Below, piece by piece: positions 11,687-24,745 of a DNA stretch of 64,000 nucleotides. The stretch covers positions 18,416,001 through 18,480,000 of the forward strand of contig CM052818.1 in assembly GCA_028534125.1 (NCBI GenBank), in the 5' to 3' direction. The notes beneath the pieces were generated by a model. The model searched no databases, had not been told where the DNA came from, and was given only the letters and a program-made list of their open reading frames with translations. How positions within the stretch are numbered: the stretch's first letter is position 1; each line of letters starts with the position of its first letter. Source of the stretch: Lama glama. Its lineage: Eukaryota. The position numbers were made by a program, and so were the translations under genes.

Positions 11687-12958
11687 ACTTCTTTTATTTT
11701 CCCTTGGACATGCATTAGTTACTATTCAGTTCTTAAGCCTTTGGGGAGAAAGAGACAAAGTACAAGAAAGACAGCTTTATGATAATCCCCACTTTTTCTT
11801 TATGTTCCCAAATACTTGGTGTTGGCATATACAGCTAAAACTGAGTATAGTTCTGAAACCTGTAACAGTTCTCCCTTTCAATGGCAGACAAGTCGTGACT
11901 GAAATCCAAAGCAAAGAGAGGTCTTTTTAACAGTCCTCACTTGAAGTGTTTCCTCTTCCTCTTTGCCTGTGCGAATAAAACCCATGTTTGCAGGCCCAGT
12001 TAAGATTATACTTTCCAAGAAGCCTTCCCTGACCAGCCCAGTGCACAGTGACCAGTCCTCCTCTAAACACGTGGTTCTTACTCATCATACCATTCAGTTC
12101 ACAGTTACTCATCTGGACCCCTAAGACCATCTTGCAAGGTTGCCTCCTACTTTAAGTGAGAACTTCCCTTATTGTTCCACCCTCCCTCTGACCACAAATA
12201 GAATTTACACTACCTACACATTTTACTGTTCATCTTCTTGGATAATTAATTGGTAGAGACGTCTGTCCCAACCCCTTCCCCACCATCTATTTAAGTAATT
12301 AACACTTAAGGCTTTCTGGTTCAGGTTGTACAGAGTGGCACACCTAGTGGCTGCACCCTGGGGAAAGTGGATCCACCCCCAAACCCACCCACCCACCCAG
12401 AGACCACAGACATAGGTGAAGTTGCTGACAGCTGAAAAGCTCTTGCCTCCTACTGCCCTGCTATCTCCAGGGCAGAATTATTCAGTTGGTTTGGGTGCAC
12501 AACTAACTCTGAGTCAAAATAAAACTCCAGGCCCCAAAGTGAAGAGCTAATAAATCCTTAATGAATAAGACCTTCTAAATTGAGTTGCTTTTATGAGGCA
12601 ATTTGTGAGCACTCTGGCTTTTTCTACTAGGGCAGCAAACTGCAACTATAAATATTAACAAGATGGTAGATGGAGCTAGGGGTGTGGGGCAGAAAAATTG
12701 GGGATCAAACATTGTTCCTAAACAGGATTGTCCAGTTTAGTGGGGTTCCTTCTCACTGCCCCTTGCTCACTAATCTAGGCTGCTTTTAGGGAAATATAAC
12801 TCCAGGAAAGACAGAGCAACCTGCATTCGGGTGGAATATAACAGCATCTCATTGTGCTAAAACCATGGGAGTGTGGATATTATTAATTCTAAGGATGATT
12901 GACAACTTGAGGGTGTGTGTCCAAGAAAGATTCTCCCACTGCCTGCTTGTGGAGTAGG

Positions 12959-12990
12959 GTGTGTGTGCGTGTGTGCACGCGCGTGCGTGC
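12959..12990. repeat. Mixed (GT)/(GC) alternating purine-pyrimidine tract
   Basis: 'gtgtgtgtgcgtgtgtgcacgcgcgtgcgtgc'. Confidence 0.85.
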
Positions 12991-13324
12991 TTGGGGGTCA
13001 GTGATGAGAAGGGCTGTTGCTGTTTTGTTGGTTTGTTTCCATGAATAAAACATAGGGCACTTTAATTTTTTGAGGGTTCAAATAATTTAAAATGTTTTTA
13101 TTTCAAATAACTCATTTGGCAATAGTTCTATATGCCAAAGTGAAAGGAGTTACAGGAAGGCAAAAAGGAGGACAGGAGGCCCACTAACAGAGCGAGTTTA
13201 GGATCTGAGTGTTTCTGAGATCAACTACTATCTCTCTAGAGCTCTCCGCATAGTAATTTCACAAGAGTAAAGGTTACAGAGAGAGAGTTATGTGCCATGC
13301 GGATTACGTATTTTCTGTCATGTT

Positions 13325-13432
13325 GCTATTAATCCCCCATTACAGACGGGAAAACTAAGGCCCAGGAAAAAAGCCACCTGCTCAACCTTACACAATTTGC
13401 AATTTCAATGGTAGAGATTCAACCCTAAGTCA
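13325..13432 (-). mobile_element. MIR fragment
   Basis: 'atcccccattacagacgggaaaactaaggcccag...ctcaaccttacaca'. Confidence 0.7.
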
Positions 13433-16387
13433 CTTTACCCCGGGAATAGGGTTCCTAACCCCCGTGTGGTACTGCTTTCCACTGTAAGGAGCCAACAGAC
13501 CAAAGCATGGAGGTTCTGAAGGTGTTTGAGCCTCCTCAGTGCTCTGTAGTTGAGGCCCCCACTCCAAGAGTGGAGCTCTCTGCTAGGCAGGGTGCCTGCA
13601 ACGCGGGAGGCGTTTCTTGGCAGTGGGAACCTCCCCTGGGACTTTCCAGCCCTGGTCATCAGGCCATCTGCACTTGTCCCTGGACCCTGCCCCCAAGAGC
13701 TGCATAAACACAGTCCATCTTTATACTCGACTTTAACAGAACACAGTAATGTAAGGCACGAGGAGCTGAGAAAAGGCCAAGTCAGGGCCATGAAGGAGGA
13801 TGAGCTTTGGAGGTTATGCAGTGTGAGTCAAAACATTCACATCCCAGGAAGCCTCCTCCTGCACCTGGGTGGGCCCTGTGCCCTTGCCGAGTGCCTGTGG
13901 ATTAGGGACTTGGGCTGATGCCAATCCAAGGAGACTGCAGCACTCACATGGGGTCAAAGCCTCAGCCAAAGGATTCTATCACCACGGGGGCCATCATGTG
14001 CCCTTTCTTCCATCCACTTACCCCACACTGTGCCCCACTCACCTCTGCCCTTTTGGACTGTGTCACCTCCAAACCTCACTGCTTTGTGGTTGGTGTAGCA
14101 GGTACCCTCACGTCAACTTCTGGCAAGTCTCCTGTGTCTGCCCTTAGCAAAGCAGCCTATTTGAAGAACGACAGCCGGGTTCAGATGGATCATGCACAGG
14201 TTATTAGAACAGCGTTCTTTCTGCTGCAGTTGTGACAGAGGTGCCATAGATACCAGAATATCACAGGAAGTGGTAGGCAGACCGCCCAAGCAGACATGCA
14301 GAGCGTGAGAATTTACAAAGAGAATGATGGACAACTTGGTCCATGATGTGTGGATCAACAAGATCAAGGATACAAAACTGGGTTAGAGAAGGATTTTAAG
14401 AGAAGCTGGTTGAGAGACTTCCTTGGAGGGAGGGGTTATGAGCTGTGATTCTCTGCTCCCATCTTCGGGGACAGGGACGTGCTGCCTCTAACAATTCACC
14501 TGGAGAAGGCTCCAAGGCAACCACTCAGGATGCGCTGAAGCATGATGTCTGCACCCAGGGGTGCTGGGCCGGTGCCTGGCTCACTTCTAGAAAGATCACA
14601 AGGATTACAGACTGAGGTCTGATTCCTGCCCAGGAAACATAGGAGCTAAGAAAAGGGCACCTGCTTGGTGAGGCGGAGAGAGGCTGCTGCTTTCGGGCGC
14701 ACCTGTCCTGCCAGGGGCATGGCAGCTCTCCCTTCAGCCACATGTGCGCCCCTGACAAAAGAAAACTGTCATGAGGTCATCATGGGCCCTGAGCGGTGGC
14801 CTGTGGATGGGGAGACCTCAGCTGGAAGAGGCTGGAGGTGTACACAACGTCCAGGAGCTGAGGAAGGAATCCCAAGGGGATACCTGGACTAGGATGGGGA
14901 AAGGCACCCAGCAGGGAAACCCCAAAGAGCTTATGAACAGTACTCACAGAGAAATGCTTCCTTAACCACTTTCTATGACCCAGAAAGGATGCAACCACCC
15001 AGCCACCGAAAACTAGATACCCCCTCCCCTCTTCTTATACCAATCCTGGGGGCATCAAAACAGCAACAGAGGCTGAGCTGAGCAGAGGTGACACACAAGG
15101 CGAGGTCTCTGTTCCCACAGGAAGACTTACAGAGAAACACAGGTCCAGTCGTGGGGGGCAGGCAGGAGACTGGTTCATGTGGCCAAGTTCAGGCTTTTAA
15201 TACTTGCTTTGGACCAGACATTCTAATTCCTGAATCGAGTTATGTAACTCATAGAGTCCACTGGACTGTGTTCCTGGGATGAGTAGAAAAGCTGTGGAGC
15301 CTGACTGAATAGTCCTTCCAGGGGCAGATGAAGAGCTCCCCACTGAGTTCCATCTAAACATAGGTGATGTGTTGTTCTCCCTTGCACGGAAGTCCTGCTT
15401 CTTCCACACTGATCATAAATCAACACAGCGAGAGCACACTTGCCGCTGGGTCCACCAGGACAGGTAGAACAAAATAGTCCATGGGTTCTCTCTCCATCCC
15501 AAACAGGTTCTCCTGTCCTTCATTATCCCACATCCTCCCACAAGCACACCGCCTGACGGCAGTTTTCCGAAAAGCATTCACGGAGACAGTTACTACCTGG
15601 GGGATCCAAAGGGGGACTGAGGACGTTCATCTCCCCCACCTGCTTTCAAAGCCCTCATTGGGCTCTGTGGGGTATGATTTGGGGCTGCTCCCCAGAAACC
15701 CTCCCACTCCTCAAACGTCTCCCCCTCATCTCTCTCCTTGGCCTGCCCCATTGTAGAAATCTCATCATTCCTTTGTCATAGTCACATGTTAGAATTCAAA
15801 TATCCTGCGAAAGGTCAGATTTTTGTTCAACATTCACACATTACTGTGAATTTCTATCTTTCTCAAAATTTTAACTTATGATAATTATTTACCATTATCA
15901 CAAGTGTCATGAGTAAAACAAAGTAATTATAACACTGAATATGCTTTTTAAAAAATGCACATGCCCTCCAGAACTTCTGACCCTTCTTCCCAGAGGGCTC
16001 ACACACCCACCATACCCCATCATCTTGGAAAACTGGCTGAGAACATGGTGTAGAAAGCAAAAAAAGTGAAACTGCTTGGTACTGGCTGGTCAGCGTGTAG
16101 GGGAAACGGGAGTGATACAAAGATTGTATCAAAATAATGGGGTGTCATCTGGGAAAAGCAGTCTTAGGCCAAGGAGATGCAGGAGCCATGTTAAGACCTT
16201 AGGGTTTAATTTTCTAACTCCTGCTACAGAACCATAAGTTTTTCTAAAAGGATAGAGAATGACATGTTTGGATTTGGGACTGTAAAATTCTGCCTCATAA
16301 AATAGCATGCCAGCTCTTATTATATAATTCATTGCTCAGCTACAAAGGTGTTTGGGGAAACCAGCTGGGGATTAGAGCAGGGAGGAA

Positions 16388-16585
16388 GCAGCTTTGAAAT
16401 CAGGCAGTCCAGCACCTCCTTACAAGCTGCATGACCCTGGGCACATTCCCTACCTTCTTTAGGCCCATTTTCTCATCTGTACAAATGGGATAAAAATAGA
16501 CACCTTGAATGTCTGCTGTGAAGCTTGCAGCATCACTAGAAAATGTGTCAAGCAGAGTGCACAGCACACATAATGGTTGATGTCA
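16388..16585 (+). mobile_element. MIR
   Basis: 'gctttgaaatcaggcag...agctgcatgaccctgggcac...ttttctcatctgtacaaatggga'. Confidence 0.8.
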
Positions 16586-17699
16586 TTTTCAGCAATTTGT
16601 AGGAAGGATCACGGAAGCTTTACCTGCAGACTTGCATACCAGGAGAAACAAAAAATGAGGGCTTGAGGACCCCAAAAGGGAAAAGATAAGGTAAGTAGGG
16701 GCTTCCCTGGGGGTACTGATGGTGACGCAGCCCTGCAGCCACCTGCCTGCAGTGTGACATCAGCGTGAGCCATCAGGCAGTGACCCCCAAGCAGAAGCAG
16801 TTTCGCCTTTATTGTTTTTGGATCTTAGGAGATAATCACCCCAAAGAACCTGGGGTAATCCCCGCCCCATCTCATCTAGATCAACCCCTAAGGGAAGGGG
16901 TTGTGGGGGAAACCAAAAGGGCTGAGGAGCTGCAAAGGCAAGAATCATTGACAGAGGAAATGGGAAAGCCACAAAAAACTGTCTTTGTCAGTTTCACAGT
17001 CCTGCTGAGGCCTCTCTCCTCCCATTGCCACTGCCCTCCCCACCCCCACCTCACCCAGACACATACAGAAGTAATTAGAGTCACACAAAGCCAGTCTTGT
17101 CACACTCCAGGCCAGGAACTGACAGGCTGTTATCTGCACCCGGCTGGCTACTCGCAGGCACTAACAGGATGGAATCCCGCTATCTCCGCCATCTTCCCTT
17201 ATCTACAGCCCCAGGTGGCAGCAACCCTAGCGGGATGCCTCCAGTTCGGCCTCTGATGAGCCCAGGCCCAGCAGGAACTGTCCTGTTCCTAACTGGGAGT
17301 CTCTCACCATGCTGCTTAGGGCTCCAGAGTTAGGACTCCTCCTTACTGGAGGGCATTGGGTCTGGGGGGGATGCAAAGGAAAGACACGGCTGATGCCCCT
17401 GGACTGAGAAGATGAGAAGAGGAGCCTGATATGCTACTTTCCAGGGCAGGCCGTCTGCTGGGGGAAGCCAGTCCCATGATTTCAACCTGACAGTGATTCT
17501 GAGGCTGTTTCGCAGCTTAGCAGAGAAACACAGACTTACCTGCTCCCTCTCTGGTTCCCAGCCACCGCTGGGAGCCTCTCCCTCCACCCTTCAGTGTGAA
17601 GATTCTAGGAAGTTCCCACCCCTGTCCTATGCCTGTTATTTTTGCACTATAATAGACATTATCTTATTTAAGGCAAGGAAGGCATTTTTGTATTAGTAT

Positions 17700-17850
17700 T
17701 ATAAAACCTTTCAACATAGGCGTAATTATATGTATTTTACATGTGGGAAAAGTGAAGGTTCTGGATGTTAATTAATATGCCCCGAATCATAAGATTAGTA
17801 ACAGTAAGTGACGATTTTAACCAAGTTCGCCTGCCTGCAAAGTTGGTACT
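17700..17850 (-). mobile_element. MIR fragment
   Basis: 'attttacatgtgggaaaagtgaagg...tgccccgaatcataagattagtaa'. Confidence 0.55.
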
Positions 17851-18089
17851 CCCTACAACAATAAACTATCCTCCAATACCAGGATACAGACAAGAACGTG
17901 AGTGAACATGACTCCCAAATCCAGGGCAATTGGGTGATATCCACTCCTCTCTGAAGCCCCAGGAAAGCCTCTTTGAATTGACGACAACGCTAAGCTTCTG
18001 TGCTACAGGTTAAGTCTCGTACCTTCTGGGGAAGTCAGTCTGTTGGCCCCTGGGACAAGGATAAATAACCGACCACAGTGCTCTCCTTC

Positions 18090-18670
18090 CACAATGTACA
18101 GCCATTGCTGGCAAAAGCGCCCAAACTAGGACCGTATCTCACAGCCTACCTTGTACTCTGGATGGCGCCACGGTTACTCTTGTCAGTGGAATGTGAGCAG
18201 AAGCAAAGTCCACCAGATATGGGCTACTGTTTTTAAAAATTAAATGCACTCTCTTCTCTGTTTCTTTCCCCTCCTCTTGGTCAAAAGTAGAGGGTGCCAT
18301 GACATGCTGGTGGTTCCCAACCTTAACTACACATTAGCATCACCTGAGGCTTTAAAAAGCATTCCCAATGTGAAGGCCACACCAGAAACCAATTAAATCA
18401 GAATCTCTGGGGTGGGAACCAAGAATCTGTTTTTAAAGCTGCACAAGAAGCTGAGATTGAGAACCACTGCCCTAAGGGAATGCTGAAGCCACAAGATGGA
18501 AAAAACCTGAGCCTCTGAATGCTGCAAGGAGAAAACCCACCCACCAACAATCATCACGTGCATTCGACATGCATTTAACTGTTAATGAGTGAGAAATAAG
18601 CTTCTAGTGTGTCGTAAGCTGCAGATACTTTGGGGGTTTTAGTTCTTATAGTTACCAGTAACTAATGTAG
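18090..18670 (+). mobile_element. Old MaLR LTR (MLT1I/J-like) interrupted by a MER5
   Basis: 'gtggaatgtgagcagaag', 'agccacaagatggaaaaaacctgagcctctga', 'gagtgagaaataagcttctagtgtgt...actaatgta'. Confidence 0.7.
18308..18469. mobile_element. MER5-family hAT-Charlie MITE
   Basis: Terminal inverted repeats 'gtggttcccaa'...'ttgagaaccactg'; internal 'ccaattaaatcagaatctctggggtggg'. Confidence 0.88.
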
Positions 18671-18879
18671 CCCATGAGGAATCCAGACTTTACTCTTTAT
18701 TCCAAAGGAAACTTAATATGCTTCTCACTGGTACTATCTACCATGGGGCTGAATCCCGAATGCCTGGAAACTAAAAGACCCCTGTCTGTGTCCAGGGACC
18801 CATGTGAGCAAGCCAAACCATTCTGAAACAGCAAGTGTGCAACAGAGCGCGTCCCCAAAGTACAAATATTGCTTCCAAT

Positions 18880-19065
18880 ACCTTCTCATTCATTATCTTG
18901 TTTCATCCTCATAAAAGCCCAAAGAGGAAGACCTAAGTGATGTGATGATACCATTTACAGATGGAGAAATTGTGACCCAGAAAGGAAAACTGGCTTAGCC
19001 AAAACTTACATGGCCAAAGAGCAGCAGAGCCAAGTCTAGAGTTCAGTTTTCTAACTTTTCCACAA
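18880..19065 (-). mobile_element. MIR fragment
   Basis: 'tcatcctcataaaagccc...ccatttacagatggagaaattgtgacccaga'. Confidence 0.75.
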
Positions 19066-19907
19066 TACCCTGAAACTCTGATCCTTTCTTTGGAGTCCCA
19101 AGATAGAAGACAGGAACTAATTTGCCATGGACAGGGCCAAACTTAGGATTTTTCTCAGAACCCTGTATGGTGGCATTAGATCCTGGAAAGAAGGATCAGG
19201 TACAAACCTTACCAGTAACCCCATGGCCAGATACAGGGCAAGTTTATAAGCTCTGATGTAAGGGACAGTCTATTCAACAAGATGTAAATCCCATCACTGG
19301 GGCATCCTCCTCCCTTTGGGGACAAGTATCATGTTTTCCAAAGTCTTCTGCTGCAACCCTAGGGTCCCCTTGGCATTGAGTCCCTGCCATCCCAGGGTAA
19401 TGAGTTTCAGAAGCTTCCCCCAACTCCCAGCAGGAGACACCTGAGAAAGTGGAAGACTTGTTTAAAACAAAAACAAAAACAAACAAACAAACAAAAACAC
19501 TGCTCATTTCAATTCCACAAGGTTGCCAAGGACTGAACTTGCAGCCTGCCCTATTAGGTGACAATATGGTGCTGAGTGGAAGGTATGTGGCAAATAAAAG
19601 GGGCCTAAGGTTGCATAATGAGAAACCTGGAGGTCATAGTCATGTCCCTTGTGATGTCAGTCACATCCCTGTGGCTTACATCCAACTAAGGCTTAAACAG
19701 CAATGCAACCCCAGTGGAGTTCATTCCCTTTAGCAATGCAATCTGTTCACACTGCTTACTAGACTGTGTCTTGGCTCTTCACCGAGGTCATTGGGACCAA
19801 GAAAATGCACTGGGAAGTACCCTCAAAAGTTTTGTCTAGGTCATCTCCAATCTCCAATGTCCCTAGTGAAAGAAATGATTCAGATATGACCTTAAAGTCT
19901 GCTGTCA

Positions 19908-20005
19908 CAGGGCCACCACACTGCACAACTCCAATGGCACCATTCCCATCAAAATCTACATTTATGGCACCCCCTAGAGTTGTGCAGTGCACAGCCCACA
20001 CAGCA
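19908..20005. mobile_element. MER91B-like palindromic hAT-Tip100 MITE
   Basis: Starts 'cagggcc'; perfect 13-bp inverted repeat CACTGCACAACTC (19919-19931) / GAGTTGTGCAGTG (19977-19989). Confidence 0.75.
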
Positions 20006-20239
20006 AAACACTTCCAGCCTCACCCCTGCCTCCTCTCTGCAGGAAATTGTATCTCATCTACCTGAATGTGAACTCACTCTAAAAGACAGGAATTTGCTGA
20101 CTTGAGAGATGCCAGGTACCAACACTAAATGAAAATTAGGCAACATCCCAAAGGAACAGAAAACTATCTCCTCCACTCACCCAGCACTGGGTAATGCTCT
20201 AAGATACATTATATCAAAACTGAGTTATTGACTCACAAG

Positions 20240-20365
20240 TTTGTTTTCCTCCTCAGATTACGAGCCCCCTGAGGTCAGAGACTCTAACCCATCACAGCAG
20301 TTGGCACAGAGTCTGGCACATAGTAGGTGCTTAATACACCTTTTTTGACAGATGGATGAGTGAGC
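20240..20365 (+). mobile_element. L2 3' end
   Basis: 'cagattacgagccccctgaggtcagagac...tctggcacatagtaggtgcttaata...gatggatgagtga'. Confidence 0.8.
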
Positions 20366-20370
20366 AGATG

Positions 20371-20495
20371 CATTCATTTATGAATTCATTAAGTGCTTAT
20401 TCTATATCAAGCTCTGTTCTAGATACCGAGGATGCAAAAGTAAATAAAACAGGCAAAAATCCCATCCCTGCCCACACAGAGCTTTTATTCCAAGA
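20371..20495 (-). mobile_element. L2 3' end, tail-to-tail with the previous one
   Basis: 'cattcattt...cattaagtgcttattctatatcaagctctgttctagatacc...aaataaaacaggc'. Confidence 0.75.
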
Positions 20496-20660
20496 AGTAT
20501 TACATTTCTCACTCAGAAATTGAGTGGAATAAATAAATGAGTAAAAGCTCTGAATAAGTTTAGGTCTGCAGTGGTGGGGAGGGGGGACAGTATTTGTACA
20601 ATAACAGTCAACAGTTACTATGCATAAACACACGTCAAGGGTTGAATCCCTATAATCTAG

Positions 20661-20908
20661 GAGGCAGTGTGGTGAACTGGTTAAGAGCATGGCTACAGAA
20701 TTTTACTGTCAGAGTCATACTCAACTCTGCCATTTGCTAACTATGTGACCTTGGGCAAGTGACTTAATTCCTCTGAGCCTCAGCTTCCTCAGCCACCAAA
20801 TGGGGATAGTACAGTTACTGTGAGGGATTGAATTATGTAATTCCCGTAGAGATCACTTAGACTGGCTCCTGGTACACGCTAAGCATCCACAGATAAATAG
20901 CTACCGCT
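20661..20908 (+). mobile_element. Near full-length MIR
   Basis: 'ggttaagagcatggct...ctctgccatttgctaactatgtgaccttgggcaagtgacttaattcctctgagcctcag'. Confidence 0.92.
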
Positions 20909-20911
20909 ACT

Positions 20912-21080
20912 GTCCCATTTAACCTTCACATCAGCCCTGTGACAAGTACCATCAGCATTTCGGCAACGCAGAAAAGGAGGCTTAGAGAAGTAAAAGGTAG
21001 TATCTCAGGTCACACAGATGGGAACTGGCAAAGCCAGATTCAAATCAAGCCTGTTCAATTCCAAAGTCCCTGCTGTTCCC
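20912..21080 (-). mobile_element. MIR fragment, inverted relative to the adjacent MIR
   Basis: 'catttaaccttcaca...ggaggcttagagaag...aggtcacacag...ggcaaagccagattcaaatc'. Confidence 0.75.
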
Positions 21081-21684
21081 ATGAAAGACTAGGCTTGCCA
21101 AAGTAGGCATCACAGAGCAGCTAGAAGGGCTCTGAGAAGACCCCCTACCCCATATACCTCCCAGTGAGCCAACCACAGTTGCTATTAGCCGTTCAAGTAA
21201 GGCATCTCACTCTAAGTTCCTTCTATAAAGCAGGGACCCTCTACCGCTCCAACACAGCCAACTAATCGACAGAAGGCCAGCCGCTAGAGGATCACCAGAG
21301 AATGGAATTCTGGAGTTACTGACTTTGTCCTAACTTTTGTTTTGTTTGTGGGGTTGGATTGGAAACCGAGGCATCACCTAGGAAGAGCAGGCTTGTGCAG
21401 GAACTACACTGAGCTGGTAACAGGAAGGCTCAAGAGGGAGGAGGGGTTACAGAGGGAAAACCACCACAAGGACACTGCAGGTTGTTGGGGGTCACATTTT
21501 CATATGATATGGAGCAGAAGGAAAAGGGAGTACACATAGTGAGGAGGTGGTACTACTGGGACCCACATGTGGGAAGACTCAGTACAAATGAGGCTGGTTA
21601 TTAAGACGTATCAGTAGTGCCTTAAAAGTCTCTGTGCCTTAGCCTATCCTAGAAGAGCCATTCCATAAATGTTGGAGAGACCAT

Positions 21685-21798
21685 GGGTAGGTGAGTGGGC
21701 GAGTAGGTAGATGGAAGGATGGATAGATGGATGGATGGGGAGGTAAGTGGATATGGATGGATTAATGGATGGATGGGTGGGTGGATGAATGGGTGGAT
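21685..21798 (+). repeat. Degenerate (TGGA)n tract, probably an expanded L2 tail
   Basis: 'gatggatagatggatggatgg...atggatggatgggtgggtggatgaatgg' following 'ccataaatgttgg'. Confidence 0.8.
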
Positions 21799-24544
21799 CT
21801 CTATACCACATATAAAGATTCATTCTTTGCTTACAGACAGATGTATTTTTAAATAGTGGTCATTAGGAATTGGTGAATGGCATTGGAAATGGTACCATAA
21901 CTGATTTAGTTTTCAATATCACTGAAGCGTATTTAGACTAATCCATCTGCCTCAAATAAGGACTTACTAGTTTCTCATCAAGTCACATTTTTCAGTCATT
22001 CTTTTATCCTCTCTGCATTCCCTCTCTTAGACAGCTAGTTTTCTCCCACAGAAAATACCACCTACTAGAAGAGAACTCCAGCATCCCCACCCCCAGCTCT
22101 GGCCTCTGTCCTGAAACCCCATCCTTTCTCTCGCTGCCTGTTCTGTGCGTTCATCTGGATGTCCCAGTATCACTTCGATCTCAGCATGCCTACACAAATG
22201 TTGACATCTCCTCTCTCCTCCTCGATCCAGCCCCCTTATCGAACTCTTCTATTTCTAAAGATTTCATCTCCATTCTCCAAAGTTTTAGTAATAAACTTAA
22301 AATCAGTCTTTCTATATTATTTCCTTCCCTCCATAAGTGATCAATCACCATGTCATTTTATTTTACTATTACAAAGGCCTTTTGAAAATGTTCTCAGACC
22401 CTGATTTCTCCTCTCTACAATCAGTGCCTTGCACATATTTATCCATTCATTTATTCATTAATGCTACTCAAAGTATTCATGCCTCTATCTGCTCAGCACA
22501 GAGCTTTGAGCTAGGGATTCAAAGATAAATAAAATAGTCACTGACTGGAAGGATCTCAAAATCTCAGCAAACACTCCATAGAGTAATACACTGACTATAT
22601 CTGTCCCCTCCTCAAAAAAATTTTTGGCAGCTCTTATTGTCAGGGATTCATAATCATTGCCCAAAACCTGTCTTGTCTTTGGCCTTGGCAGCTGGTTTTT
22701 AGTGCAAATTCAATTCAGTGCTTACAGAATAATTACTGTGAGTTGTAACCAGCCATGTCAGAGCCTGGGCCCATGCCCACACCTTCTCTCAGAATTATGA
22801 TGCTCAGACTTGGGATGCTGACTTGGGGCTCAGAGAAATAGGAGAATTGGCTAAAATTAAAATATTGGTGATAAATCAGATAGTCACCCAGAGCTAGGAA
22901 GGCTCAGGCTGAGAGAGCAGAAAAAAAGAAGACTAATAACAATAGTAAAACTACTCTCCTGGAATATAAGAAATCCAGAAGCTCAACCACAAGTTAGCAG
23001 TTCTGGCACTTCTGAACCACGCAGGGTACAGACCCTAAGCATATCACAGCAGCTCCTAGGATGACCTCTGTGAACCATCTTGTTTAGCATTCCCTCTGAT
23101 AGGGGCCCCCAACGAAAGTTCTTAACAAAAACTATATTAATAAATAAATAGACAAAGTTATGGAGGGAAAGGAAAGGGAAGCAAAGGAAAAGAAGGAAGA
23201 GAGGAGAGAAAGTTGACACTGTATGAAGCCTCAATAAACTAGAAAGGTAAACTGGACCTTTTCAGATTCACGAGGATGCCCGATCTCTAGGAGAAGCGCT
23301 CTCTCCCTATCATCCTAAAACTCAAATACCAGAAATCTTAAGACTTAAGAGGGAGAGAGAACAAAATGAGTCATGGTAGAGAATGTGAAACCTGATAGGC
23401 TGAACCCCCACCTCCCCCAATTCTCTGGATTTTCAGCTGGGTCAGGGTTTGGGGGCAGGAAATTCTTCGAGGGCTGTGGAGGTTATCCACAAGAAGGAGG
23501 AGGGGAACTGGGAAAGGACCAGCTGCAACAAATAAAAAACTAGACAGGCAGCATAGGTTTGGTGCATGACCTTCCTGAATGGAGCACAGGGGCCAGGCCC
23601 AGGTAGAGGCCCACTTAGGTGCATTGAGTCACAGAAACGGAGGGTTAGAACTGGAGAAGATCTCTGCATTCTATCTGAGGAGCCGGAAGTCGGTGAATGT
23701 TGATGGATGAGGACTGGAGCTTCATCCCGATTGGCTGCCAGAGGCCCCAGGAACAGTCATTTCACTTCCTCCCATTCTAAATTATCTTCCAAAAAAAGAT
23801 TAATGTAAGGGAACAATTTACTTAATCTTCTTTAAACTTCAGATGTAGAGGTTGAGGTTTGTTGATCCTTTATCCCTTCGAGATATTTTTACCCTAATCA
23901 GATGTTACTAAATGTTAAATCCCCAGTTCTGGGTGAGAATGGGGACTCTCATGAGAGTTACGGGCTCCTGGGTATCCGAGGAAGGAAAAAGAGTAGAAAT
24001 TGAGGCGGGCAGGTGAACAGGGGCCCAAGATTGCGGGCTTTAGAGGAAGATTGGAATGTAGTGCTGTCACATGCTTGGACGCTTGATCCCAAATTTGTCT
24101 CTGACTCTTTTGGTCCAGATTTCTCTTTTGAAGCTCAGACTCACCTACTTTGAAGGATTGTTAATAGAAATAATGAAGACCTGGCACAGTATTGGTTCTC
24201 TCCCATTCCTTTCACTACATGATGTGATTTTCCCTCCAGCCAGTGCCAGTTGAACATTCTAATTCGCCTACTTAATTTTGACCACCTTGTTGTCCATCTA
24301 ATGTTGACAGGCTCTGCCCAACGACAATGAAGGAGATAGATTTAAAGTTGCTTTTCCTTCCCAGCAGCAATTTCTCTCTCAGGGTATAAGAAGAGAAAAA
24401 AAGAGGAGGCTAAAGCTTTATGTCATCTGATGAGTGGGTAAGAACAGTAATGGAGTATTTCACAGCCAATAGGCTACTACTTTGATGATCAGTCCTTCAG
24501 CCTCCACCTAGCCCTTCTAGCCTGGGAAGTGCCTCAACCACTGG

Positions 24545-24745
24545 CCAGGCAACCTGAGTTCTGGTCCAGGCTCTGCCACTGACTTGCTAAGTAATCCTCA
24601 GCATCCTATGTATCCTCTTAGAACTTCATTTTCCAGTGTGTAAACTGGAGACAGTAATACATCCCCACCCTCCACGTGACTTGCCGCACAGAGGAGTCCT
24701 AAAGATCACACCGGGCGACAGATTTTAAGGCTAAAAATGCACAAG
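24545..24745 (+). mobile_element. MIR
   Basis: 'acctgagttctggtccaggctctgccactgacttgc...cttcattttccagtgtgtaaactggagacagtaatac'. Confidence 0.75.

Noticed and set aside
13435..17696. Cluster of overlapping 60-163 aa ORFs
   Set aside because: No recognisable domains or consistent exon structure; expected in moderately GC-rich non-coding DNA.
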